The notes under the pieces: model-generated
The model's database searches: none
Seen by the model: only the letters and a program-made list of their open reading frames with translations
Told to the model about the DNA's origin: nothing
Part shown: positions 41,124 to 50,777 of the stretch, piece after piece
Layout of the letters: each line of letters starts with the position of its first letter
Position numbering within the stretch: position 1 is the first letter of the stretch
Source: Clostridia bacterium
GTDB taxonomy: Bacteria; Bacillota; Clostridia; CAKSNL01; HGM11501
Direction: 5' to 3'
Length of the DNA stretch: 62,749 nucleotides
Assembly (NCBI GenBank): GCA_045545475.1
Contig: JAZQAZ010000024.1
Coordinates: forward strand, 1 to 62,749
Program-made: the position numbers and the translations under genes

Positions 41124-41152
41124 AAGCTTGGCAGCTAAGCTGCCAAGCTTTT
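41123..41152. terminator. Bidirectional terminator
   Basis: aaagcttggcagc-taa-gctgccaagcttt. Confidence 0.85.
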
Positions 41153-42146
41153 ATTTTGCATCGTGTTCCGATCTTGTCTTTGAAAATACCGTCACTCCGT
41201 CATCATTTACCTTAAAATAATAAAACTCCGTTTCTTCCGGGTAAAGCGCTGCCTCTATCGCCGCCTTACCGGGATTTGCAATGGGCCCTTTCGGGAGACC
41301 TGGATAAAGGTAAGTATTGTACGGCGAATCAATTTTAGTATCGGCAATTGACAATACATCCTTTCTTTCCGGGAGTATATACTGCACCGTTGCACAGGAT
41401 TGAAGTGCCATTCCGATTGCCATTCTGTTATGAAAAACTGATGATACCTTCCCCATTTCGGAAACGCTTCCGGCCTCTCTTTCGATGACCGACGCCAATG
41501 TCACAATCTGGTCAACCGTCATATTAAGTTCACGGCATCTTTTATCATAATCATCTGTCCAATGTGACGCAAAGTTATCCAACATGGTTTTAATGATTTT
41601 TTCAGAGGTTGCCGTGCGAAAAAACTCATATGTATCGGGAAAAAGATATCCTTCCGTGCGGCCGCTTCTTCCTGTAACTTCCTTTATGTGCTTTATTCCG
41701 TAATCCTTTTCCGCCGCTTCAAGAAATTTTTCCTTCGGAATACCGAATTGCTCTTCTACGGCTATTGCAATCTGCTTAAGCTCATACCCCTCCGGAACCG
41801 TGAGCGTAACTGTGTTGTTTCCGGTCCCGTTATTTATAAGCTCGTCGACTGCCTGTCTATATCCCATACGCTTATACATCGTATGGGTTCCTGCTTTAAG
41901 AGAGATATCCGCCCCGCTTGCAGAAGCATATCTTTTGAAAAGAAATCTGTATTTTATTACGCCGGCCTTATCCATTTTTTTTGCCACATCCGAAAAGCTC
42001 TCTCCGTCTTCAGCCGTTATTGTTATAATTTCACCTTCGCTTTTTCCGTTATAGTCCATAAGCACGTCTATAAAAAGAATAAGAGCGAATATGGCTATAA
42101 GTATTAACAGCGTTTTTCTCTTATTTTTTCTTTTTCGCATCGCCAC
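41151..42146 (-). CDS. mltG: Endolytic transglycosylase MltG
   Basis: N-terminal TM; VPEG, EGYLFPDTY, LASVIERE, SPYNTY...GLP.GPI.NPG. Confidence 0.93.
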   Translation of the reverse strand: MAMRKRKNKRKTLLILIAIFALILFIDVLMDYNGKSEGEIITITAEDGESFSDVAKKMDKAGVIKYRFLFKRYASASGADISLKAGTHTMYKRMGYRQAVDELINNGTGNNTVTLTVPEGYELKQIAIAVEEQFGIPKEKFLEAAEKDYGIKHIKEVTGRSGRTEGYLFPDTYEFFRTATSEKIIKTMLDNFASHWTDDYDKRCRELNMTVDQIVTLASVIEREAGSVSEMGKVSSVFHNRMAIGMALQSCATVQYILPERKDVLSIADTKIDSPYNTYLYPGLPKGPIANPGKAAIEAALYPEETEFYYFKVNDDGVTVFSKTRSEHDAK

Positions 42147-42681
42147 AGTTTATCACTTCCTTCTCTGTGATTATATAGTCCATTTTTATATCATGAGCTT
42201 CGGTATAAACTTCATCAATTATCTGCGATGAAAAGGCCAGTCCCACCTTTACGGAATCGCTTCTTTCGAGAAATGAATCATAACATCCTTTGCCGTATCC
42301 GCATCTTCTCCCGCTTTTATCAAATACAAGTCCCGGAACTATGGAAAAATCCACATCCTTATTTTTGATAGGTCTCTTCACGGCCGGTTCTCTTACATTA
42401 AATGTCCCTTTTATAAGCTCATCATCTTTTAAAATTTCACAAGGGGTAATAATTATTCCCTCAGTCACCGGAACGCAGACCCGTTTTCCCATAGACAGAA
42501 TTTCTTCCAGAATATAATCTGTCGGTGCCTCTTTCTCAAGGCTGAGATAAAGCATTATAAGTTTTGCTTTTTCATATTCCGGAATACTTAAAAGCTTATT
42601 AAATGCCTTTTTGCCGAAGCCGTCTTTTTCGCCATCTTCCCTTAACCTTCTTCCGAGGGCTCGCAGTTTCATCTTATCCAT
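42121..42681 (-). CDS. 5-formyltetrahydrofolate cyclo-ligase
   Basis: VPGLVFD..GRRCGYGKGCYD, EAHDIKMDYIITE. Confidence 0.9.
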   Translation of the reverse strand: MDKMKLRALGRRLREDGEKDGFGKKAFNKLLSIPEYEKAKLIMLYLSLEKEAPTDYILEEILSMGKRVCVPVTEGIIITPCEILKDDELIKGTFNVREPAVKRPIKNKDVDFSIVPGLVFDKSGRRCGYGKGCYDSFLERSDSVKVGLAFSSQIIDEVYTEAHDIKMDYIITEKEVINCGDAKKKK

Positions 42682-43210
42682 AAATCATGGCTTTCGAAAG
42701 CTTTTCCGAGCTTTCCTTTGTTATATAGGAAACTATGGCAAGAGCCATATCCATAGCTGTACCTGCTCCTCGGGAAGTAATGAAGTTTCCGTCAACTACC
42801 ACCTTTTCCAAAGTAATAATCGCACCATGGAGCTTATCTTCAAATCCCGGATAGCAGATCGCTTTTTTTCCTTCAAGGAGTCCCATCTCTCCCAGTACAG
42901 AGGGGGCCGCACAAATAGCCGCAACAAGTCCGCCTTTTTGTGCCACTTTTTTTATAAGCTCAACTGCATCCTTATTTGCCGCAATGTTGGGAGTTCCGGG
43001 AATTCCGCCGGGAAGTATAATTCCTTCGGGAACGCTCTTTGCCGCATCAGATATTAATATATCAGCCTTTACCGTAATGCCGTGTGAGCCTGTTACGAAT
43101 TCTCCCGTAACCCCCACATTCTTAACCTCTATTCCCGCTCTTCTTAAAACATCGGTCTGTGTAAGAGCTTCGATTTCTTCAAAGCCTTCTGCAAGTAATA
43201 TATAATACAT
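42674..43210 (-). CDS. DJ-1/PfpI family protein
   Basis: GFEEIEA, ILPGG, AAICAAP, TSRGAGT. Confidence 0.93.
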   Translation of the reverse strand: MYYILLAEGFEEIEALTQTDVLRRAGIEVKNVGVTGEFVTGSHGITVKADILISDAAKSVPEGIILPGGIPGTPNIAANKDAVELIKKVAQKGGLVAAICAAPSVLGEMGLLEGKKAICYPGFEDKLHGAIITLEKVVVDGNFITSRGAGTAMDMALAIVSYITKESSEKLSKAMIYG

Positions 43211-43270
43211 AAAAACAATCCTTTCAATATAATGTTAATATATCTATGATATATTATCCTGAAAAATTTG

Positions 43271-44083
43271 TCAAGCTTTCTGTTTTTTTCTGAACTCCGT
43301 CGGGGTAGTTCCCACTTCTTTTTTAAACACCCTGAGGAAATTTGAAAAGGAAGAAAATCCCGCTTCATAGCAGATATCCGTTGCCGACAACGTACTTTCC
43401 GAAAGAAGAAACTTCGCACAGTTTATCTTCTGCCTGTTAAGATAATCCGTATAATACACTCCTTCATTAAGATAAAAGTACTTGCTGAAATACACCGGCG
43501 ACTTGCCTATTACCCTTGCCACCTCTTCCAAAGACGGATTTTCCCTGTAATGAATTTCGATATATCTTTTGGCAAGCAGAAAAGGAGCTTTTTCTTCCGT
43601 TTCATCCATTTCACCAACCTCGCTCATAATGGTGATAAAAACACATTCTATAAGCTTTTTTATCAAGGTTTCCCTTGAATAGTCATCATAGTGCATAGCC
43701 GAACCGATATTCTCCATAAGATTCCTTACATCTTCGATTTTCTCCTCGGTCAGATTAATAAAGCGGCTGTAGTTTTTACTGAAAATTTTATCAAAAACAC
43801 TTCTTGGCAAAAGCTTGTCAGAAAAATAAATTCCGAAAACCTCTATTTCGCCCTCGCAGGAATATTCGTGGAAATCTGCAGGTGTCATTATCCATACACT
43901 GCCTCTTCTGTATCTGTATTTTTTGCCGTTTATATGCTGCTCGCCCGTTCCCGAAAGTACAATTTCCACCTCGTAAAATTCGTGGCTGTGAAGTTCGGCA
44001 TTTTTTCTGTATTTTATATTTCTGACATTTATACTTTTATTCCCTTTAAGAAAATTCTCCGAAAGTCTCTGCATTTTTTCCAT
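43271..44083 (-). CDS. AraC family regulator (cupin plus HTH)
   Basis: LHSHEFYE; EAGFSSFSNFLRVFKKEVGTTPTEFR; divergent from the large surface protein. Confidence 0.93.
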   Translation of the reverse strand: MEKMQRLSENFLKGNKSINVRNIKYRKNAELHSHEFYEVEIVLSGTGEQHINGKKYRYRRGSVWIMTPADFHEYSCEGEIEVFGIYFSDKLLPRSVFDKIFSKNYSRFINLTEEKIEDVRNLMENIGSAMHYDDYSRETLIKKLIECVFITIMSEVGEMDETEEKAPFLLAKRYIEIHYRENPSLEEVARVIGKSPVYFSKYFYLNEGVYYTDYLNRQKINCAKFLLSESTLSATDICYEAGFSSFSNFLRVFKKEVGTTPTEFRKKQKA

Positions 44084-44239
44084 AAGTTTTCTCCTCCCGT
44101 CTTTGCCATTTTACATCTTTTGTACAATATTTTCAAGGAAAATATTAAAAAAATGAAGTTTATCATTTAAATATTAGTATATCTTTCTCATTTTTTGTGT
44201 TAATATGTTTATATAAGGATTTTAAAAGGAGGAAATTTT

Positions 44240-47200
44240 ATGAAAAAGCTATTATCCTGTCTTATCACTTTGTCTTTGCTTATTCAGCTTGCAGCAGTTA
44301 CGGCATCGGCAAATGAAGCACTTTCTGTTTTTGACACAGCAAGCTTTGTTTTCAATGCAGAAAACGGCATAAACAATCCTGAAGATGCCACATTTACAGT
44401 TCCTTCGGGCAAAACCGTAAAAACACTCACACTTGACGGTAATACCATATCCGAGGGTGACGGCGTAACTAAATGGGACACCTTCCCCTGTGCCGATAAA
44501 AACTATACCTATGATGCTTCCACCGGCATTTTTACCATTTCAAGACGTTTTATCGGTGTTGATACAGACCTTTACGGAAAAAGAAGCCTTGATTTTGTTT
44601 TGGAATTCACAGACGGCGAAAAGGGAATTATCCGCTTAAACGGCGTGTATAACTATCTCAAATTTGAAGGCACTGTGCAGGACTATTCCGAAAGCAACAT
44701 ATCGGGCTATAAGAAAAACGAAATAAAGCCCACCTCATCGTGGTCTGTCTGTTCCACATCTGCAAGAGAAAAGGCATTAAATTTAATTGACGGCGTTACA
44801 AACCAGTACCACTCCTATTATAAAAACGAAGGCTCCACCATCATTTTCCGTGACAATGTTCCCCACTATATTGATATAGATACAGGTGCGGCAACGGAAA
44901 TATCGGGTGTTATGTATAAGCCCAGAAAAGCAGGCACAGGCGGATGCTTTACCTCGGTTATTTACCAGGGCTCAGATGACGGAATAAACTTCACAGACAT
45001 AAAGGAAGACACCTATGCAGGCGACCTTTCCGTAAAAGTTACACATTTTTCTGAGAACGTGACCTACAGATACTACCGTGTAAAGGTGGAAAATGCCATA
45101 TCCGGATACGGAACGGGAGACGAAATCCATTTTCTTAAGCCTGTCCTCTCCATTTCCGATAAAACCATCGATGTATCCGGCTCATTTGATGCATCCTTCC
45201 CCGTATCATTAAAGAGTACTGTAGTTTCAGAGGCCCTCGTTAACGGAGAAGCACTTCCTGAAAATGCATATACCATTTCCCCCTCTTCCCTTAAGCTTTC
45301 GGAAGATTATATAAAGACTTTGCCTTTGGGAGATTATATGTTCAAATTTACTTTTGAAGACTCTTATGCAGAATTTAATATAAAAACCATAAATTCCGCA
45401 TTGGCATTAGCCGATGCCAAAGCCAACGCAAAAGCCGAACTTAATAGCTACGGCACCGATGTTTCCTCTTACCTTGCCTCTGTGGATTCCGCCCTTACAC
45501 CTGATGCTGTAACAGAAATCCTTGATTCTGCGGCAATATCATTTGGAGCAAAATCAATTAACCTTCCTTACAGAAACACTTTCAGTATTAAAAATGCCAC
45601 ACTTTTAAGCGAAACGGTTTCAGATGAAGGAAAGGCTGCCAATGACACTAATGTTGTCACCTGTGCAACTGACATTATCACTGCAACAGGCCTCGGCAGA
45701 GCCATAGTAAAATCAGAGGGCAAGCTTTATCTTGTAAAGACAACGGCTGCAGACATAGCACTTGTCATTGTATCGGGACAGAGCAATGCCGCAGGCGACT
45801 CATCGGATTACACCGAAGCTCCCTCTGCAATAGGCAAATATAAAGGCAGATATCTTGTTACAAACTCTATGAACTGTGCGCTTCCCGTATCCGGAGTAAC
45901 AATAGAAGAAGCAACCTACACCGCAGAACACGGCGGAAGACCATCAGATTCTTTTATATCGGAAACCTGGTCTCAGAAAGGATGGTCTGCAGCTGAGGCA
46001 AGTCAGTTAGGTGCAAGACTTTCCGATGAATGGAATATGACCGTATGGGTAATAAATACCGGAATATGCGCCCGCATAATGGACGACTTTGATCCCTCAA
46101 AAGCCACACATAATGCTTACAGCTACACCGTAAGTTACGCAAATAAGGCAAAAGAAGCCATTTCAGCTGACCCACACTATGTGCTTGATGAAAGCAAAAC
46201 CGGCTTTTTCTGGCTTCAGGGCTGCTCCGACGGTATAGGCACCGCCAGTGCAAACACTATGGAAGAATATACCGAAATGTTTATGAATATGTATAAAGGC
46301 TGGAAAAAGGAAATTGGTATAAACTATGCCGGCATCTGGCTTGTAAGAGCCGGTGTAAATTCAAATGGTGATAAGGACTTTTATATGTCAGGGCCCCGTC
46401 TTTCACAGCTCTATCTTGGCAACTCCGCAAAGGAAGAGCATAAAAACATCTACCTTATAATGAACACAGATATATGGCGTACCAATGAAGGAGTCAACGA
46501 CTACTTTACCGAAAAATATCCCGATGCAGAAGCATTCAAGGCATACTACGGTTATGACCGCCCCTCAACCTATGCAGAAGTCAAGCCTGACCTTCATCAC
46601 AGACAGAAGGGCTATAACGAGCTGGGTGACGAGGCAGGCGATGTGATAGCAGACATTATGAACAAAACCAATGCTGTTCCGGAGTGTGCCGCACTTTTCG
46701 GCTATGACGGAAACGAAGTGCCGATGGAAGGCTTCACATTGAAGGTAAATGAAAGCGTTCTGGCTGTTCCCGTTTCAACCACCACATATTTCAATGCAAG
46801 CTTTAACCTTACAGTCAGCGTTGACAATGAAAATGTTGCCTCTTTTGACAATGACACCTTTACACTTAAAGGCATTGGCGAAGGTAAAACCGTTGCCCGC
46901 ATAAAGTATGACGGCAAGGTTCTTGCAAGCTATACCGTTACGGTATCGGGAGTTTCCGATGAAATACTTTCAGAAAGAAGCAATTGGACAATCACAGCAT
47001 CAAGCATTGAAGGAACGAGAGGAAATCCTTATAACCTCGTTGACGGAAGCACGGCTACCAGCTTTGTTGCAGACATCAAGATTAAAACTCCTCCCCACCA
47101 CTTCGAAATACTGCTTCCTGAAAAAGCCGAGGTTTCCGGTGTTGGTTTCGATTCATACACCGATGCCAACGGCTACCCCTTAAAGTACGAAATTTATGCC

Positions 47201-47389
47201 TCCGCTGCCGAAGAAGGAGAATATGAGCTTGTAAACAGCGGAAGCTTTGACCGGGCAAGCGATGCACTTACATTAAAATCCCAGACGATAGAATTCGGCA
47301 AAAATGTAACCTTGCGAAAGCTTAAATTTGTATTTACCGAAACCGTAAACGGCTATGCCGCAATGTCAGAATTTTATATATATTCCTGA
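44240..47389 (+). CDS. Secreted multidomain protein: F5/8 domains, Ig-like domains and a sialate O-acetylesterase (SASA/SGNH)-like domain
   Basis: Signal peptide; GQSNA, LQGCSD and DLHH esterase motifs; two discoidin repeats; ends at a TGA in frame with the next domain. Confidence 0.82.
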   Translation: MKKLLSCLITLSLLIQLAAVTASANEALSVFDTASFVFNAENGINNPEDATFTVPSGKTVKTLTLDGNTISEGDGVTKWDTFPCADKNYTYDASTGIFTISRRFIGVDTDLYGKRSLDFVLEFTDGEKGIIRLNGVYNYLKFEGTVQDYSESNISGYKKNEIKPTSSWSVCSTSAREKALNLIDGVTNQYHSYYKNEGSTIIFRDNVPHYIDIDTGAATEISGVMYKPRKAGTGGCFTSVIYQGSDDGINFTDIKEDTYAGDLSVKVTHFSENVTYRYYRVKVENAISGYGTGDEIHFLKPVLSISDKTIDVSGSFDASFPVSLKSTVVSEALVNGEALPENAYTISPSSLKLSEDYIKTLPLGDYMFKFTFEDSYAEFNIKTINSALALADAKANAKAELNSYGTDVSSYLASVDSALTPDAVTEILDSAAISFGAKSINLPYRNTFSIKNATLLSETVSDEGKAANDTNVVTCATDIITATGLGRAIVKSEGKLYLVKTTAADIALVIVSGQSNAAGDSSDYTEAPSAIGKYKGRYLVTNSMNCALPVSGVTIEEATYTAEHGGRPSDSFISETWSQKGWSAAEASQLGARLSDEWNMTVWVINTGICARIMDDFDPSKATHNAYSYTVSYANKAKEAISADPHYVLDESKTGFFWLQGCSDGIGTASANTMEEYTEMFMNMYKGWKKEIGINYAGIWLVRAGVNSNGDKDFYMSGPRLSQLYLGNSAKEEHKNIYLIMNTDIWRTNEGVNDYFTEKYPDAEAFKAYYGYDRPSTYAEVKPDLHHRQKGYNELGDEAGDVIADIMNKTNAVPECAALFGYDGNEVPMEGFTLKVNESVLAVPVSTTTYFNASFNLTVSVDNENVASFDNDTFTLKGIGEGKTVARIKYDGKVLASYTVTVSGVSDEILSERSNWTITASSIEGTRGNPYNLVDGSTATSFVADIKIKTPPHHFEILLPEKAEVSGVGFDSYTDANGYPLKYEIYASAAEEGEYELVNSGSFDRASDALTLKSQTIEFGKNVTLRKLKFVFTETVNGYAAMSEFYIYS

Positions 47390-47797
47390 AAATCCGCTCC
47401 CGCAAAGAATGAAGTATCCGAAATCAGGCTTACAATAGGCAACAGCACAATCACAAAAGTAACGGATGGCGTGGATGTTCCGGTTCAGTTTGATGTTGCT
47501 CCCATTATCAGAGAGGGGCGCACCTATGTTCCCGTAAGAGGAATATTTGAAATCGCAGGCGCTGAAATTTTATGGGACGGAGAAAAAAGAGCCGCCACAG
47601 TAAAAACTGACTCAAACGAAGTAGTTGTTATAATCGATAACCCCGAGGCTTTTGTAAACGGTAAAGTCGCAGTTATGGATGCTCCTCCCGTAATTATTGA
47701 CGGACGAACCTTGATTCCTTTAAGATTTATCTCCGAAAATCTCGGCTATGAGGTATCATGGGACGGAGAAACGCAGACTGTTACAATAAAGCTTTAA
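47390..47797 (+). CDS. Copper amine oxidase N-terminal domain, in-frame continuation of 44240-47389
   Basis: Frame stays open after the TGA (KSAPAKNEVSEIRLTIG...); GRTYVPVRGIFE and GRTLIPLRFISE motifs. Confidence 0.75.
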   Translation, partial: KSAPAKNEVSEIRLTIGNSTITKVTDGVDVPVQFDVAPIIREGRTYVPVRGIFEIAGAEILWDGEKRAATVKTDSNEVVVIIDNPEAFVNGKVAVMDAPPVIIDGRTLIPLRFISENLGYEVSWDGETQTVTIKL

Positions 47798-47804
47798 TAA
47801 AATT

Positions 47805-47837
47805 AAAAATCGGCAGATAAAATCTGCCGATTTTTTT
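47805..47837 (+). terminator. Intrinsic terminator
   Basis: aaaaatcggcagat-aaa-atctgccgattttttt. Confidence 0.88.
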
Positions 47838-47911
47838 CTTTACAGAAAAGAAAAACTGTGGTATCATATGATTAAGAGTGGTTTTATTAATATTCTGAAA
47901 GGATTGGTATT

Positions 47912-48346
47912 ATGAAAAAACTCCTACCCCTCTTAATGGCATTCTGCCTCATTTTCACATTGTGTGTCTCGGCATCCGACATTTCCATTATTGTTGACGG
48001 AAAAGTGCTTAAAAGCGATGTTCCTCCCACAATAGTTGAAGGTCGCACCATGGTTCCCATGCGTGTTATTTTTGAAGAGCTTGGTGCATCTGTTACCTGG
48101 ATTCCGGATTCTCAGATGATACGTGCAACATACAAGGAGCTTATAATCGACCTTAAGATTGATTCTAAGCTTTTAATAAGCTGTAATGTGGCAACCGGCG
48201 AAATAAAGAAAACAGAGCTTGATGTTGCTCCCTTTATAACCGACGGAAGAACACTGGTTCCCGTAAGAGCAATATCCGAAGCTTTGGGTGCCGAGGTTAA
48301 CTGGGACAATGACACAAGAACAGTTACAATAAAAAGTGCAAAATAA
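47912..48346 (+). CDS. Secreted copper amine oxidase N-terminal domain protein
   Basis: Signal peptide; GRTMVPMRVIFE, GRTLVPVRAISE. Confidence 0.88.
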   Translation: MKKLLPLLMAFCLIFTLCVSASDISIIVDGKVLKSDVPPTIVEGRTMVPMRVIFEELGASVTWIPDSQMIRATYKELIIDLKIDSKLLISCNVATGEIKKTELDVAPFITDGRTLVPVRAISEALGAEVNWDNDTRTVTIKSAK

Positions 48347-48350
48347 CAAT

Positions 48351-48385
48351 CAATAAAGCGGTGTGGAATCCACACCGTTTTATTG
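48351..48385 (+). terminator. Terminator hairpin
   Basis: caataaagcggtgtgga-a-tccacaccgttttattg. Confidence 0.7.
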
Positions 48386-48435
48386 TATATTTCTCCTTCT
48401 TTTTGCCAATACTTAATAAAAAAAGGAGGATTAAT

Positions 48436-49041
48436 ATGTCAGAATTCAATAACTCAAAAACCAAAGAAAATTTAATGAAAGCCTTTGCAGGCGAATCCCA
48501 GGCAAGAAACCGCTATACCTTTGCCGCAGGCCAGGCAAAGCAGGCAAATCTTTATGTAATTTCAGCGGTGTTTGATTTTACCGCCTGCCAGGAAAAGGAG
48601 CACGCCGAAGTATTTTATAACTTCTTAAAGGACTTGAGCGGAGAAAATATAGAAATAACAGGAACCTACCCTGTTGATATCCACGATTCTGTAATCAAGC
48701 TCCTTCGTGCCGCAAAGCACAACGAATATGAAGAGCACGACGATGTTTATAAGTCCTTTGCAGAAACCGCACGTGCCGAGGGTTTCCCCCAGATTGCTGC
48801 AACCTTTTCCAATATTGCCGAAATTGAAAAAACTCACGGCGACCGTTTTTCCTACCTTGCAGACCTTATGGAGAAAAATCAGCTTTTCATTTCCGATGTT
48901 ACCTGCGACTGGGTTTGCTTAAATTGCGGAAACATTGTTTCCTCCAAGGAAGCCCCCGAAATCTGCCCCGTATGTAAGCACGACAAGGGCTATTATATCC
49001 GATTGGAATTAGCACCCTATACCTCCATTTCCTGCAAATAA
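48436..49041 (+). CDS. rbr: Rubrerythrin
   Basis: AFAGESQARNRY, EKEHA, CLNCG...CPVC; AGGAGG RBS. Confidence 0.93.
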   Translation: MSEFNNSKTKENLMKAFAGESQARNRYTFAAGQAKQANLYVISAVFDFTACQEKEHAEVFYNFLKDLSGENIEITGTYPVDIHDSVIKLLRAAKHNEYEEHDDVYKSFAETARAEGFPQIAATFSNIAEIEKTHGDRFSYLADLMEKNQLFISDVTCDWVCLNCGNIVSSKEAPEICPVCKHDKGYYIRLELAPYTSISCK

Positions 49042-49068
49042 AAAGATGAGGCAAAGCCTCATCTTTTT
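49040..49068. terminator. Bidirectional terminator
   Basis: aaaaagatgaggc-aaa-gcctcatcttttt. Confidence 0.88.
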
Positions 49069-49071
49069 ATT

Positions 49072-50073
49072 TTACAATTCACCTATAAAATACGCCTGAG
49101 TGTTTGCTCTTCTTCCATTTTCGTCAATTACGTCAAGTCTTATATATTCGTCCTTTTCCTTTATTTCAAACACTGCTTCCGTAAGAGGAGCATCTTTCGC
49201 ATCGCATCTTGCCGTTCTTCTGCCTTTAGTTGAAAGGGTGATTTTTGAAGCAGGCGAACACTTTATGTGTACCTCCCCATCCTCCACATAAAGCTCTTCA
49301 ATGATGGGACCCGTGGATGTGTAAAAATCACCTTTAAGAAGTGCATTTATAATATTATCATATGTAAGGCTTTCTGCATTTACCATAAGGAATGTGCCAA
49401 AAGAATCGCTTAAAGGATTTTCCTTGTTGTGATTGTGATTATCGTCACCGCTTGTTGCAAAAATTCTTTTTCCGTCCCTTAAAAAGTCGTCAAGCACATT
49501 TATATCGTATTCGTAAAGTCCCCCGTCGTTTACGCTGGTATTGAAAATTTCAACGCCCCATAATCCCTCATAGCCGCCGTAATCGCCATAGTTTTCAAGG
49601 GACCATCTCGGGTGGTTGTAGGCAACGAAAAAGCCTGCCTCGTTGGCCTTTTTAATAAGGTCGTTTATTCCGTCTTTTCCGTAAACTCTGTCATAATCGG
49701 TATCGTCTTTATTTATCTTAGTTCCTTTGGAAAAGTGGTCGAGCACCGAATTGTAGCAAACAGAATAGTCATTATCTTGCTTTTTCGCATAGATGTTAAG
49801 ATGACACACCTTCATGTTAAGATTAACCAATGTAGATTCTTTAGGAAACTCTTTTATGGCATATTCCGCACTTGTTATAGTTAAGAAATCTTCATCATCG
49901 AGATATGAATTATTGTTCACATGTTCGTGATCGGTTATGGCAAGAAAGCTGTAACCCTTTTCTTTATACATAGTTTTAAGCTCTTCAGGCGTAAATGTGC
50001 CATCTGAAAGAGTGCTGTGGCAATGCATGTTTCCCTTGTAGAATTTTTTGTTTTTATCAAGCAGTATTTTCAT
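49072..50073 (-). CDS. PHP-domain metallohydrolase
   Basis: HCHSTLSDG, AITDH, NHP, DDNH. Confidence 0.88.
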   Translation of the reverse strand: MKILLDKNKKFYKGNMHCHSTLSDGTFTPEELKTMYKEKGYSFLAITDHEHVNNNSYLDDEDFLTITSAEYAIKEFPKESTLVNLNMKVCHLNIYAKKQDNDYSVCYNSVLDHFSKGTKINKDDTDYDRVYGKDGINDLIKKANEAGFFVAYNHPRWSLENYGDYGGYEGLWGVEIFNTSVNDGGLYEYDINVLDDFLRDGKRIFATSGDDNHNHNKENPLSDSFGTFLMVNAESLTYDNIINALLKGDFYTSTGPIIEELYVEDGEVHIKCSPASKITLSTKGRRTARCDAKDAPLTEAVFEIKEKDEYIRLDVIDENGRRANTQAYFIGEL

Positions 50074-50777
50074 TTTATCACCCTTATTCCCGTATCAATT
50101 ATATATTCGTAATAAGCCGCACCTGCAACAGAACCGATTTTTGCAACCACAAAAAGGTTTCCGTTTTCCCCTATGAACATCGGCATATCCATATTAACCG
50201 CATCATCAGACATTGTATAATCATAAGCGTACATAAGGTATTCCTTACCCTCGGGATCGCCGTATATCTCTTTATACTTCTCTCCTGCCGCCTTCTTTAT
50301 CTCACCAATAAATGCTTCTTTTTCAAGGCCGGACAATAAAAGAAAGTCCTGCACTTTTTCAGCTTTGCCTGTAACAACATTTATGCTGTACGCCCCGTAT
50401 GAGGTATAATCGCTGTCATAAAGTGCTTTCACAAGAAATGACAGCATTTCGCCCTTTATGTATGTCTCATATGAAACGCTGACAACAACAAGACTAAGCC
50501 CGTCTGCCATGGATGTTTTTTCGTTTTCGCAAAGCTTGTAAAAATCTTTTTTAATTTTATCGTTTAGTTCCTTTGCATCTTCTGATTCCAAATTAAACTC
50601 AGGGATTTTATAGCTGTAATTATATGTATTTCCCAGTTCGTCTGTGTACAATCCCTCTTCCGAGAAGAATTCCGTGCAAAAAGCTTGTGCATCAAAAGCA
50701 TTTTTTTCATTTTCAAAGCAAGCTGAAAGTACAAAAACAAGCATAAAGCTAAGAAATATACATATTATTCTTTTCAC
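50070..50777 (-). CDS. Hypothetical lipoprotein
   Basis: Lipobox LSAC; overlaps both neighbouring genes by 4 nt. Confidence 0.75.
   Translation of the reverse strand: MKRIICIFLSFMLVFVLSACFENEKNAFDAQAFCTEFFSEEGLYTDELGNTYNYSYKIPEFNLESEDAKELNDKIKKDFYKLCENEKTSMADGLSLVVVSVSYETYIKGEMLSFLVKALYDSDYTSYGAYSINVVTGKAEKVQDFLLLSGLEKEAFIGEIKKAAGEKYKEIYGDPEGKEYLMYAYDYTMSDDAVNMDMPMFIGENGNLFVVAKIGSVAGAAYYEYIIDTGIRVIK

Noticed and set aside
47387-47389. Genome-wide UGA reassignment or selenocysteine insertion
   Set aside because: murA ends in TGA at its expected C-terminus, two neighbouring genes also end in TGA, and Trp uses TGG; no clear SECIS-like hairpin follows and the site is a linker rather than a Cys position
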